Virus record (IMG/VR): IMGVR_UViG_3300009001_000010
Span: 1 to 64,000 of that record
Reading direction: 5' to 3' (one strand)
Length of the DNA stretch: 64,000 nt
Source: an uncultured virus (IMG/VR IMGVR_UViG_3300009001_000010)
Taxonomy: Duplodnaviria > Heunggongvirae > Uroviricota > Caudoviricetes
Below are positions 21,004 to 29,644 of the stretch, piece after piece. A model generated the notes under the pieces. That model was given only the letters and a program-made list of their open reading frames with translations. It did not search any database and was not told the origin of the DNA. Position numbers and translations under genes: made by a program. Every line of letters begins with the position of its first letter. Positions within the stretch are counted from its first letter, which is position 1.

Positions 21004-22065
21004 CTAATTTAAAATATGTGGGCGACTCTCATTAAAACCACTAGATGTAATTTTTACAAATTTTACATTTTCAGGTTTTAAATCTGAGATTTGTTTTATA
21101 GACAAATAAGAAATTGTAGAAGCTAAAGCAGACTTAACTTCTTTATTAAAAGTATAAAAAGATTTTGTTGGGTGTATTTTTTTATTATTTTGTACACCTT
21201 CTGGAACACCATTAATTTTACCACGCTTATCTTTTTGAAATTCAGCAGAAGCTTGTCCTCTATAATATTTATAAGGTTTAGAAAAGAGTGGACGAATCCA
21301 ACCTTCTGACTCATATATAGTTGAAAGCATACTACCTATCATCACGCCATTAGCTCCAGCGGCTAGATATTTTGCAATATCACCAGTATTTTTAATTCCA
21401 CCATCGGCAATTAATTTAAAGTTATTATATTCTTGAAATTGAAAATAACGATAAATTTCATAAACTGCCGAAAGGTTAGGATAACCGCAACCAGTAACGA
21501 TTCTTGTACTGCAAGCACTACCAGGGCCAATTCCAATGCGAACATGATTACAACCAGCGGTATGAACAAATTCCGCTGCCCCAGGGGTTGCTACAGTACC
21601 TGACATTAAATTTTTACACCAAGAAAACCTAGAATAAGTTTCATATATTATTTCCATTTCTTGAGTAGCACCATGGGCTACATCTACAGATATATTTAAA
21701 TAAAAATCTTCTGGAAGTTGTTTAGTTTGTTTTAAATATTCAATTAATTCCCAATCGGAATCAAAAGCTCCAACGCTATACCAAAAATTTTCTTGAGAAT
21801 GAAATTTTAAAATAGCTTTAACTTTTTGATCTAAAGGTAAAAATCTACAAAATACTGGATTTTGATTTTCAGCAATCATAGCTTCAGACATATTTAAACC
21901 AGTAACCACATCCATGGGACTGGAAAAAATAAAAGATGAATCAATAATAGCTTCAGATCTAGATTTTAAAAGACCAATAGAAGGTTGTAACAATACATCG
22001 TTAGTAGAAAGTTTTACTTGCGATGCATCTTCAAGACTAAAAACAAGATCGTTGTATTTTATCAT
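21004..22065 (-). CDS. IMP dehydrogenase / GMP reductase family protein (no CBS domains)
   Basis: SSPMD, VDVAHG, RIGIGPGSACSTRIVTGCG (catalytic Cys), IADGGI, YRGQAS, PEGV. Confidence 0.9.
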   Translation of the reverse strand: MIKYNDLVFSLEDASQVKLSTNDVLLQPSIGLLKSRSEAIIDSSFIFSSPMDVVTGLNMSEAMIAENQNPVFCRFLPLDQKVKAILKFHSQENFWYSVGAFDSDWELIEYLKQTKQLPEDFYLNISVDVAHGATQEMEIIYETYSRFSWCKNLMSGTVATPGAAEFVHTAGCNHVRIGIGPGSACSTRIVTGCGYPNLSAVYEIYRYFQFQEYNNFKLIADGGIKNTGDIAKYLAAGANGVMIGSMLSTIYESEGWIRPLFSKPYKYYRGQASAEFQKDKRGKINGVPEGVQNNKKIHPTKSFYTFNKEVKSALASTISYLSIKQISDLKPENVKFVKITSSGFNESRPHILN

Positions 22066-22294
22066 ATTTAATTTTAACTGACTCTTTCTTACCTAAAATC
22101 CATTTAGTGCCATCATCTTGCCTTAAGTACAAGGCTCCTGAAAAAACAAAATCGTTTTTTGGATTAACTTTAGTTTTAGCATGTGAGTATAATTCTCGAA
22201 CCCAGAACTTAGAAGCTTTTTCAAAAGTCCAAGGCCCAAGAATTGATTTATCAATACCATGCACATGTATATCTATATAATATTTGTGTTTCAT
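22037..22294 (-). CDS. Hypothetical protein
   Basis: 85-aa ORF in operon. Confidence 0.45.
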   Translation of the reverse strand: MKHKYYIDIHVHGIDKSILGPWTFEKASKFWVRELYSHAKTKVNPKNDFVFSGALYLRQDDGTKWILGKKESVKIKYDKIQRSCF

Positions 22295-22323
22295 TTTTAA
22301 TTAATCTTTTATTTATTTGTTTG

Positions 22324-23310
22324 TTAATCTTGATAACAAACGTTTTTATATTCGCAAAGACGACATTGCCAATCACCTTTTTCTACAGGCTTGACAAGTC
22401 TAGTCTTTCCTTCTTCAATTTGTTTTTTACGTTTTTCATATTGAGTAGTTTCAGTTTTATTTAACTGCCCAGCTTCATATAAAGAATCAATCATTTCCTC
22501 AGTATAAGATAAATAATAATCTCTATCTGGGATTTGATTATTTTCTAAAGCAGTCATAATAGAAGCATAATTAGTCATAATAGACTGAATAGTGATTCCG
22601 CTATTAACTTTTTTAGTTTGAATGGGGTAGTTACCTTGATACCAAATATAATCAAGACCATCTTCTTCATTATGTTCTACTGTAACAAGAAATTCTGCAA
22701 AACGACCTGTATCACGAGCACCATAAAGTAGTATGCCTGGGCCCCACTCTTTAGGGTTGGCGTACCAAGATTGATAAATACCAAGCTGCATTAAGTGAGA
22801 CTCTCTGGGAGTACCCATTTCCATCTTTTTATGCATGGCTTCAGTACCGATAATGTTATTAGCATTAAAACCATAAATAGATTTAACTTCTATAATTTGA
22901 TAATTAGAATCTTCAGGATTTAAAACTATTAAGTCAATTTTACCAGAAACGTTAAATTTAGGCACATAAATAGATATTTGTGTACCAACGTAAACTCCAG
23001 CTTGTTTTGCAAGCTCAATGCAGTACTCCTCGTAAAGTTCACCAGCACGCCAAATCCATTTAGTGTATTGACTTACTGGAAGTTTTTTTTCTTTAATTTC
23101 TAAAGCTAAGGGTTCAATATAATCATATTTCTCATTAAAATTATATGAATCTGTAGCATAGCGATAATAAGATTGGCGGCGACACTTACCAACAACTTTT
23201 CCATTTACCATAGCTGTAGCAGCAGAAGGCCATAAGGTAGGGGCTTTTTGTTCATCTAAAAAGCCTCTGGAAAGCTCGTTAGTAATTTGATTTACAAATG
23301 ACCATGTCAA
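22324..23310 (-). CDS. Cas4-like / PD-(D/E)XK exonuclease with Fe-S Cys staple
   Basis: KCRRQ...GKIDLIV...IIEVKS...QLGIYQ...CRLCEYKNVC. Confidence 0.8.
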   Translation of the reverse strand: MTWSFVNQITNELSRGFLDEQKAPTLWPSAATAMVNGKVVGKCRRQSYYRYATDSYNFNEKYDYIEPLALEIKEKKLPVSQYTKWIWRAGELYEEYCIELAKQAGVYVGTQISIYVPKFNVSGKIDLIVLNPEDSNYQIIEVKSIYGFNANNIIGTEAMHKKMEMGTPRESHLMQLGIYQSWYANPKEWGPGILLYGARDTGRFAEFLVTVEHNEEDGLDYIWYQGNYPIQTKKVNSGITIQSIMTNYASIMTALENNQIPDRDYYLSYTEEMIDSLYEAGQLNKTETTQYEKRKKQIEEGKTRLVKPVEKGDWQCRLCEYKNVCYQD

Positions 23311-23643
23311 TTAACTGTCCTCCATATTGACATCTTGTTTGAAAACTTCTTCAGCGGCTTCTTGTGGGTCTTTAATGCCTTGTTTAATCTTTTCAAACTG
23401 TTGAGTAATTTCTTCTAAGCGTGAGTTTTGAAACTCTTCAAATTTTTCATCAAGTTTAATTTCGATACCTTTTTCCTCTAACTGAGAATACATATATTCT
23501 ACTAAAAGAGATACTTGAATCATTGAATTAAAATTGTAATCAATTCTTGCTTCAAGAGCATCTGCAATATTAATAAAAAATTGAAAAGGTACTGGTTTAT
23601 CTTTTAATTCATCTGGAAGATTAATTTCTTTTTGGTCGCTCAT
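23311..23643 (-). CDS. Hypothetical acidic helical protein
   Basis: 110-aa ORF, AGGAG SD. Confidence 0.5.
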   Translation of the reverse strand: MSDQKEINLPDELKDKPVPFQFFINIADALEARIDYNFNSMIQVSLLVEYMYSQLEEKGIEIKLDEKFEEFQNSRLEEITQQFEKIKQGIKDPQEAAEEVFKQDVNMEDS

Positions 23644-24719
23644 AAAGCTCCTTTTTTTGTAGGTAAATGTGAGCCTAAATAATAGGTTTGAGAATCATTA
23701 AAATTAGTATTTCCGTAAGCATCTTGATAAATTACAGCATAACCATTCATTGCGTTTTTAAATCTAAGATCAGGTTGGAATTGATAGGGAAGCTTATGAG
23801 CCATAGCCCCTTGCTCAATTAACATTTTTCCTGATACAATTCCTTTATAAACTTTATGAGTATGCCCAACAACAATAGAATCAAAATCGTCGTAATGCAT
23901 TCTTTCAGAAAAATGATCAAGTAATTTAACAACTGTAGCGCCAGGATATTTAGAGCCAAAACCACTAGGATGGCAAAAAATAGTTTTACCAACCCTAACA
24001 TACCATGGATCATGTCTTTGATAGAGGACGTTATCGAAATTAAGTTTTTCAATTAATTCTCCTCTGTCATTTAGTTTTTCACCATTGCTAATCTTAAACA
24101 ATAGATCAGTACCAAATACTGAGCTAGCATCTTGATTAAAGCCTGCTTGTTTAACAGCTCGAGTAGTTCTATAATCATGGTTGCCGCATACTAATATTAC
24201 TGTTTCAAAATGATCAGATAAGTAATGTACTAAATCAAATGCTACTTTATATTCTTTTAAAGCAGCAATATTTTTGCTTTTAGAAAATGTACTAAATATA
24301 TAAGCATCTAATATGTCGCCATTTAAAACAACAACATTAGCATCGGAATGCAAAGTTAAAGCAGCTTCCATATCTTCCCAAAGAAAAAATGGAACATGTA
24401 AATCACTAAAAGTAATGATTTTACGTTCTTTAGAAGTCGTAAGACCTAAATCTTTTTTAACAGATTTGGATCTATAGTCTTTAGTAGTTTTAATAATATA
24501 ATCCCAAGAATCATTATAAGAAACAACGCTTTTAACATCAGGATCTCTAGAGATTTTATCTCTAGCAATCTTTCTGCGAATAGCATGTTCCGTTCTTTCA
24601 AAAGGAAAGCCTGGAACATTGTTTAAATGAAATTGAGAATATTTTTCTGCTAATTCTGAATTAGAATATTTGTTAATATTTTCAATTAGGAAGTTCTCTT
24701 CTTCAGGAGTCCACTTCAT
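23640..24719 (-). CDS. Calcineurin-like metallophosphoesterase with N-terminal HTH-like region
   Basis: SDLH, NGDILD, GNHD, GHTH motifs; N-terminal WTPEEE..L. Confidence 0.85.
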   Translation of the reverse strand: MKWTPEEENFLIENINKYSNSELAEKYSQFHLNNVPGFPFERTEHAIRRKIARDKISRDPDVKSVVSYNDSWDYIIKTTKDYRSKSVKKDLGLTTSKERKIITFSDLHVPFFLWEDMEAALTLHSDANVVVLNGDILDAYIFSTFSKSKNIAALKEYKVAFDLVHYLSDHFETVILVCGNHDYRTTRAVKQAGFNQDASSVFGTDLLFKISNGEKLNDRGELIEKLNFDNVLYQRHDPWYVRVGKTIFCHPSGFGSKYPGATVVKLLDHFSERMHYDDFDSIVVGHTHKVYKGIVSGKMLIEQGAMAHKLPYQFQPDLRFKNAMNGYAVIYQDAYGNTNFNDSQTYYLGSHLPTKKGAL

Positions 24720-25962
24720 CTGTTTGTATTCTTTCTAAATGTTTTAAAATTAATTTTATATCTGGATCTGTTTGTTCTACTTTTACTTTAGCTTTTATAA
24801 TATCTGATTCTTTTAAACCAGTAGCTTTTATTTTTTCCCATATAGAAGGAAACAATACAATCTCAGCACTAGCTGTAGAGTCATCTATTTCCATAAAAGC
24901 CATCATTTGTCCACGTCTAGTTTTAATTTCTTTTAACGATAAAATTACTCCAGCTACTCTAGCATCTAAACCAGGAGTAAGTGAAGATAAATCTTCTTTA
25001 TTAATTTGAATTAAATCCAAAGGATGACCGCCAATATAGCAGCCAATATAATTGGCTTGATCCATTATTTGTTTTAAAGTCAAAGGAACAAATTCTGTAC
25101 GTTCAATTTCAGGAAAAGTAGGCTTTTCTTTTTTAGCTAAAGCAGGAAGCCTTTTTAATTTTTGATCTTCTAAATCTTGAAGCTCAGGTTCATAAATGTG
25201 AAGATTTGAAACATCTTCTTCTTTTTCTTTACCTTTAGAAATACGATTAGTTATTTTTTTAACTTCATTGCGTAAATAATTACGTCTTTCAATTAAAGGT
25301 TCTACGCGCTCATTATGCCTTTGACGTTCTACATAGTCAATTTCTCTTTGAGCATAATCTTCTAAATCTCTTACATATTGGTAAATACTAGAAGTATATT
25401 GAATCAAAGAATCTCGAGTATAACCCATTCGGTCAAAAGCACCTGCATGGACTAAAGCTTCAAAAACTTTTGTATTTACTTTTTGTAAATTAACTCTATC
25501 GAGAAAATCTCTTACGCTTTTAAAAGGTAGATTACCTCTAGCTTTAATAATAGCTTTAGCTGCAGTTTTACCAACATCTCGAATAGCATTTAATCCAAAG
25601 TATATTTCATGATCTACAATGGTGAATTCATAACCGCTTTGATTAACACTAGGCGGATAAACATTTACATTAAAACGTTTGGCTTCATTAATATATTCAG
25701 GAGCTTTAACTGCCCAAGATTTAGGTTGTAAAGTTTTACTTCGAGTACTCATTAAGGCAGCAAAAAATTCTACAGGATAATGAGCCTTCATATATGCAGT
25801 AATATAAGTCAACATAGAATAACTTACACTGTGTGCTTTATTAAAACAATTTGAAGCAACAAGACCATTAGCTAAAGTAAAATTATGAGTATTGGTGCTA
25901 GATGCAACACCAATATCATATACTTGTTGCTCTCCAAGATATTCTTTTTTAATAATTTTCAA
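24703..25962 (-). CDS. dnaE: DNA polymerase III alpha (DnaE) C-terminal fragment with N-terminal split intein IntC
   Basis: After IntC: CFNKAHSVSY...KAHYPVEFFAAL, PPSVNQS, FGLNAIRDVG (HhH), AGAFD, C-terminal OB fold (KTRRGQMMAF); TTG start. Confidence 0.95.
   Translation of the reverse strand: MKIIKKEYLGEQQVYDIGVASSTNTHNFTLANGLVASNCFNKAHSVSYSMLTYITAYMKAHYPVEFFAALMSTRSKTLQPKSWAVKAPEYINEAKRFNVNVYPPSVNQSGYEFTIVDHEIYFGLNAIRDVGKTAAKAIIKARGNLPFKSVRDFLDRVNLQKVNTKVFEALVHAGAFDRMGYTRDSLIQYTSSIYQYVRDLEDYAQREIDYVERQRHNERVEPLIERRNYLRNEVKKITNRISKGKEKEEDVSNLHIYEPELQDLEDQKLKRLPALAKKEKPTFPEIERTEFVPLTLKQIMDQANYIGCYIGGHPLDLIQINKEDLSSLTPGLDARVAGVILSLKEIKTRRGQMMAFMEIDDSTASAEIVLFPSIWEKIKATGLKESDIIKAKVKVEQTDPDIKLILKHLERIQTDEVDS
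25849..25962 (-). other. Split intein C-fragment (IntC, 38 aa)
   Basis: MKIIKKEYLGEQQVYDIGV...HNFTLANGLVASN followed by extein Cys+1 (CFN). Confidence 0.95.
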
Positions 25963-25964
25963 AA

Positions 25965-26198
25965 TTAATCTTCCACTTTAATATTTAAATCAGACATTTT
26001 TAAAGGTCGACCAGAGTCGCCATGAAAAGAATAAAAAGTAATTCCTTTAACATGGTTTTTTAATTTATCAAAACTATCAATTACAATATTTTTTGTTTCA
26101 TAACCATCAGGAATATATTTAGTAGCATAAGTATTTATGCCACAAAGAGATCTTTGCCGATAGTATTTTGGATTTTTATAAGAAGCAATAATACGCAT
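25965..26198 (-). CDS. Hypothetical protein
   Basis: 77-aa ORF with AAGGAA SD, directly upstream of dnaE-C. Confidence 0.5.
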   Translation of the reverse strand: MRIIASYKNPKYYRQRSLCGINTYATKYIPDGYETKNIVIDSFDKLKNHVKGITFYSFHGDSGRPLKMSDLNIKVED

Positions 26199-26212
26199 AA
26201 TATTCCTTTATT

Positions 26213-26254
26213 AAAAATAAAAAAAGGGCAGCTTGAATAAACAAGCCACCCTTT
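26213..26254 (-). terminator. Rho-independent terminator after the fibre gene
   Basis: Minus strand GGGTGGCTTG-TTTATT-CAAGCTGCCC followed by a T7 tract. Confidence 0.75.
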
Positions 26255-26298
26255 AAAAACAAGAAATTACTTTATTTGTTAAAGTGTATTAGTTTTGA

Positions 26299-29200
26299 TT
26301 AAACTTGATACCAGTCGGTAGAATTAATTGCTATTAAACGTAAAGTTTGTTTAGCAGCTAAAGTTATTAAAGTTGCACTAGAGCTTTGACCAGACTCATA
26401 GATTACATCGTTCCCATCTGCTGATACGGTGATACTATTACTATTAGTATTAATATAAATCATTTCTAACCCTTGAGATGCTGAAGGTAATGTAGCATTG
26501 CTAGAAGTAACGATAATATGATTACCTAAATCATATTTCATCGTGCCTTCAAATTCAATCCCACTTGACCCGCCTGTTATTTTTGCTTGGGCTACAAGAT
26601 TGCTTGAAATAATTACATCACTTGCAGACCCAGCACTTATAGTTAAATCGCCTGAATTTGCATAAAGTTCTGGAGTAATGACGCTATCAGCAGTCAAGTC
26701 GCCACCAGTCAAAGTAGCAATACCATCTGTGAAAGTGCCGGAAGCTACTTTACTAAGATTTGCAATTTCTCTATTTGAATTAACTACAAGAGCTTTATTT
26801 GCAGCAGCAGTGCCATCAGTAATATCGTCAATTTTCTCTAAATCAGCTGCATCAAGAACAGCGCTACCTACAGTAATAGTAGTAGCAGAAATACTACTTG
26901 CTAAATCAAAATCAAGAGAATTTGTTGCACTATCTGCAGAAATAACAATGTTCCCTCTAGCTTCAGAAGAAAATATAACAGTTTGACCAAGATTAGGAGA
27001 AATAGTAAGACCACCAATACCTGCGCCAGTAGTACCTTTAATAAAGAAACCAGAATTATCTAATTTGGCATTAGTAACACCACCATCTTTAATTTCTACA
27101 GAACCAGCTGTAACATCAAAATTAGCACCATTAAACTTAGCAACACCAAGAGTTGCCGCAGTAGCAGTTTCTACAGAAATAGAAAGCGCATCCGTATTAG
27201 CGTCATATGAAGTAGAGAGATTAGAAGTGGTTGCTCCACTTACAAGAGCTCCTGCAAGATCAGTTACTTCAGCATCAAAATCAGTAATTTGAGTATGATC
27301 AATACTAATATTTTGATGAGTAGCAGCTGTTAAACGACCTTGAGCATCAACACTAATAGACAAAGATTTAGAAGCTTCACCATAATCGCCCGCAGTTACA
27401 TTTGTATTATCAAGTGCAAAAGAGACTTGATCATCGCTGACTGTAGAAGTAAGAGCAGTTCCACCAACAAAAGTAAGAGTGCCACCAAGCAATGCAAGAG
27501 AATCCGCACCAGAATCACCTTTAAAAGCAAGGCTTGTAGCAACATCAGCAGTGCTGATACTGCGGACTCTACCACGAGTATCTACTTCAACTACAGGGAT
27601 TTCAGTAGCAGAGCCATAAGTATCTGCAGTGAGGCCTGAAATAGTTGCTAAAGCAATTGTAGCTGCACCATTTTCTTGGTTGCTATTAGCTAAAACAAAA
27701 TCTGAATTAGAGCCGCTTTCATTAAGTGTAGCAACATAATCACCAGTAGTATGAGTACCAAGATCAACTGAATCACTTTGCATTAATACGCTAACTGTAG
27801 CAGTACCAGTACCATTAGTAGTTACTGAGCCAGCCACATCACCTGCAATAGCAATTGTAAAATTTGAAGCTAAAGCAGAAGCAGTGTCTGCATTCCCTTC
27901 AAGAGCACCACTAAATGTAGTTGCTGTAATTTTTTGCATTCCAGCAATAACAGTATTCGTAGCGCCAAGAGTGAGAGCGGTGCTACCTAAAGTAGTAATT
28001 GAATTAGCTAACTGAGCATTAGAAACGCCTGCAGCCTTAATACTAACTGCGCCAGAAGTAACACTAAAATCTGAAGATGCAAATGAAGCTACACCCTTAT
28101 TACTTTCAGAAGCATCTTCTGCAGCAACAGTAAGAGTATTAGCTACATCGTCATAAGTTAAAACAATAGCTTCACCTTGAGTAAGAAGATTGTCAACTCG
28201 ATCGTCTACTCTTTCATCAGTGTAATAAAGATTAGTACCTTCTGCTAAATTATCAGTGCTGTGATTAGAGAGTGTGCTGATTTTACCTATAAAAGTAGTA
28301 GCAGTAACAGTATCAAATGTAACATCATCTGTAGTTCCTACAGCCTGACCAATTGAAATTGTTGAAGAACCAGTAATTGTAATACCAGTTCCAGCTTCAA
28401 GAATGTTGTTTACTGCTGAAGGAAGATCAGAAAGTTTAGCAGAGTCAATTGTTGAATCAACAATATTTGCATTAGTAATAGTTCCAACTTTAAGAGTATC
28501 GGCGTCAATAAGAATAGACGCGCCATCAACATTAACACTAAGCTGACCATTAGTATCAGCTAAACCAGCACCGTCAAGTCCTGTAACTTTACTTGCAGCA
28601 ATTTGACCATCAGTAAGAGTCAAAGTGCCTGTTGAAACATCTAAAGCTTTTACTGTACCTAAAGAAGTTAATTCAGAACCTGCAAAGCTGTAAGTTCCAG
28701 CTGCAAAAGTACCTTCTGAAACCTTATTTGCAGGAATTTGACCTGCAGCAAGAGTTAAAGTAGCAGCACTTACATCTAAAGTAGAACCATCAGCAACTGT
28801 AATATCTTTAGAAAGTAAAGCTTGTTCAAATTGAATTTGAGAGTCAGCAGTATCTAAAACGATATAATCTGAAGCTCCAGCAGAAATGCTCAAAGCGTCT
28901 TGTTTAGTTTCAGGAAGCTTAACAGTAAATTGAGCAGTATCTAAAGCAGAACCATCAATAGTTAATTCAGCGTCATTAGATGCAATTACTGAAGAGCTAA
29001 CAGTAGAAGCAGTCAAAGTAGAATCTAAAGAAACATTTCTAAAACCAGAAATATCTTTAGAAGAATCAACGACTACAGCAAGACCTTGAGAAACTGAACC
29101 AACAGTAACACCATCAAGTAAATTTAATTCAGAAGCAGTAGATGTAACTGCAGTTGCACCTAAAGTAATTCCTCCCTCAGGAGCAATAATTTTAGTTTTA

Positions 29201-29622
29201 ATTGTACCTAAAGAAGCAGAACTAAAGTCAACTGTTGTGCCATCGCCGCTTAAAGGGTCAGTAGTAAGACCTTCAAACGTTTGCCAAACTTTATCGCTAT
29301 CACTAGCATCGCGTGCAAAACCGCTATAAACTGGAGTACCATCAGTATCTTCAGCACCAACAAGACCAATGTCAGCAGTAGTACCAGTATTAGTTTTACC
29401 TAATTTAATTAATGTTTCATCAACAGCAAGTTGAGAAACTGTAACTTCATTTGCATCTCCAGTAATCGTAAGATCGCCTTCAATAGTAACGTCACCTTTT
29501 GCAGTAAGGTTTACAGTATGAACGTCTTTCCAAGGCACTGTAGAAGTACCAAGTGTATCTTGTCCACCTTCAGCATAACTTGCACCTGAAGGTGCTGTTT
29601 TTTGTCTTAAGCTTGAAGCCAT
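26299..29622 (-). CDS. Tail fibre / virion fibre-like protein
   Basis: 1107 aa, Ala/Thr/Ser/Gly-rich; repeats typical of phage fibres (TDNLAEGTNLYYTDERV, KGVASF, YGSATEIPVVEVDTRGRV, VDAQGRLTAA); AGGAG SD. Confidence 0.75.
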   Translation of the reverse strand: MASSLRQKTAPSGASYAEGGQDTLGTSTVPWKDVHTVNLTAKGDVTIEGDLTITGDANEVTVSQLAVDETLIKLGKTNTGTTADIGLVGAEDTDGTPVYSGFARDASDSDKVWQTFEGLTTDPLSGDGTTVDFSSASLGTIKTKIIAPEGGITLGATAVTSTASELNLLDGVTVGSVSQGLAVVVDSSKDISGFRNVSLDSTLTASTVSSSVIASNDAELTIDGSALDTAQFTVKLPETKQDALSISAGASDYIVLDTADSQIQFEQALLSKDITVADGSTLDVSAATLTLAAGQIPANKVSEGTFAAGTYSFAGSELTSLGTVKALDVSTGTLTLTDGQIAASKVTGLDGAGLADTNGQLSVNVDGASILIDADTLKVGTITNANIVDSTIDSAKLSDLPSAVNNILEAGTGITITGSSTISIGQAVGTTDDVTFDTVTATTFIGKISTLSNHSTDNLAEGTNLYYTDERVDDRVDNLLTQGEAIVLTYDDVANTLTVAAEDASESNKGVASFASSDFSVTSGAVSIKAAGVSNAQLANSITTLGSTALTLGATNTVIAGMQKITATTFSGALEGNADTASALASNFTIAIAGDVAGSVTTNGTGTATVSVLMQSDSVDLGTHTTGDYVATLNESGSNSDFVLANSNQENGAATIALATISGLTADTYGSATEIPVVEVDTRGRVRSISTADVATSLAFKGDSGADSLALLGGTLTFVGGTALTSTVSDDQVSFALDNTNVTAGDYGEASKSLSISVDAQGRLTAATHQNISIDHTQITDFDAEVTDLAGALVSGATTSNLSTSYDANTDALSISVETATAATLGVAKFNGANFDVTAGSVEIKDGGVTNAKLDNSGFFIKGTTGAGIGGLTISPNLGQTVIFSSEARGNIVISADSATNSLDFDLASSISATTITVGSAVLDAADLEKIDDITDGTAAANKALVVNSNREIANLSKVASGTFTDGIATLTGGDLTADSVITPELYANSGDLTISAGSASDVIISSNLVAQAKITGGSSGIEFEGTMKYDLGNHIIVTSSNATLPSASQGLEMIYINTNSNSITVSADGNDVIYESGQSSSATLITLAAKQTLRLIAINSTDWYQV

Positions 29623-29644
29623 ATTTTTAATCTCCTGTTTTTAA

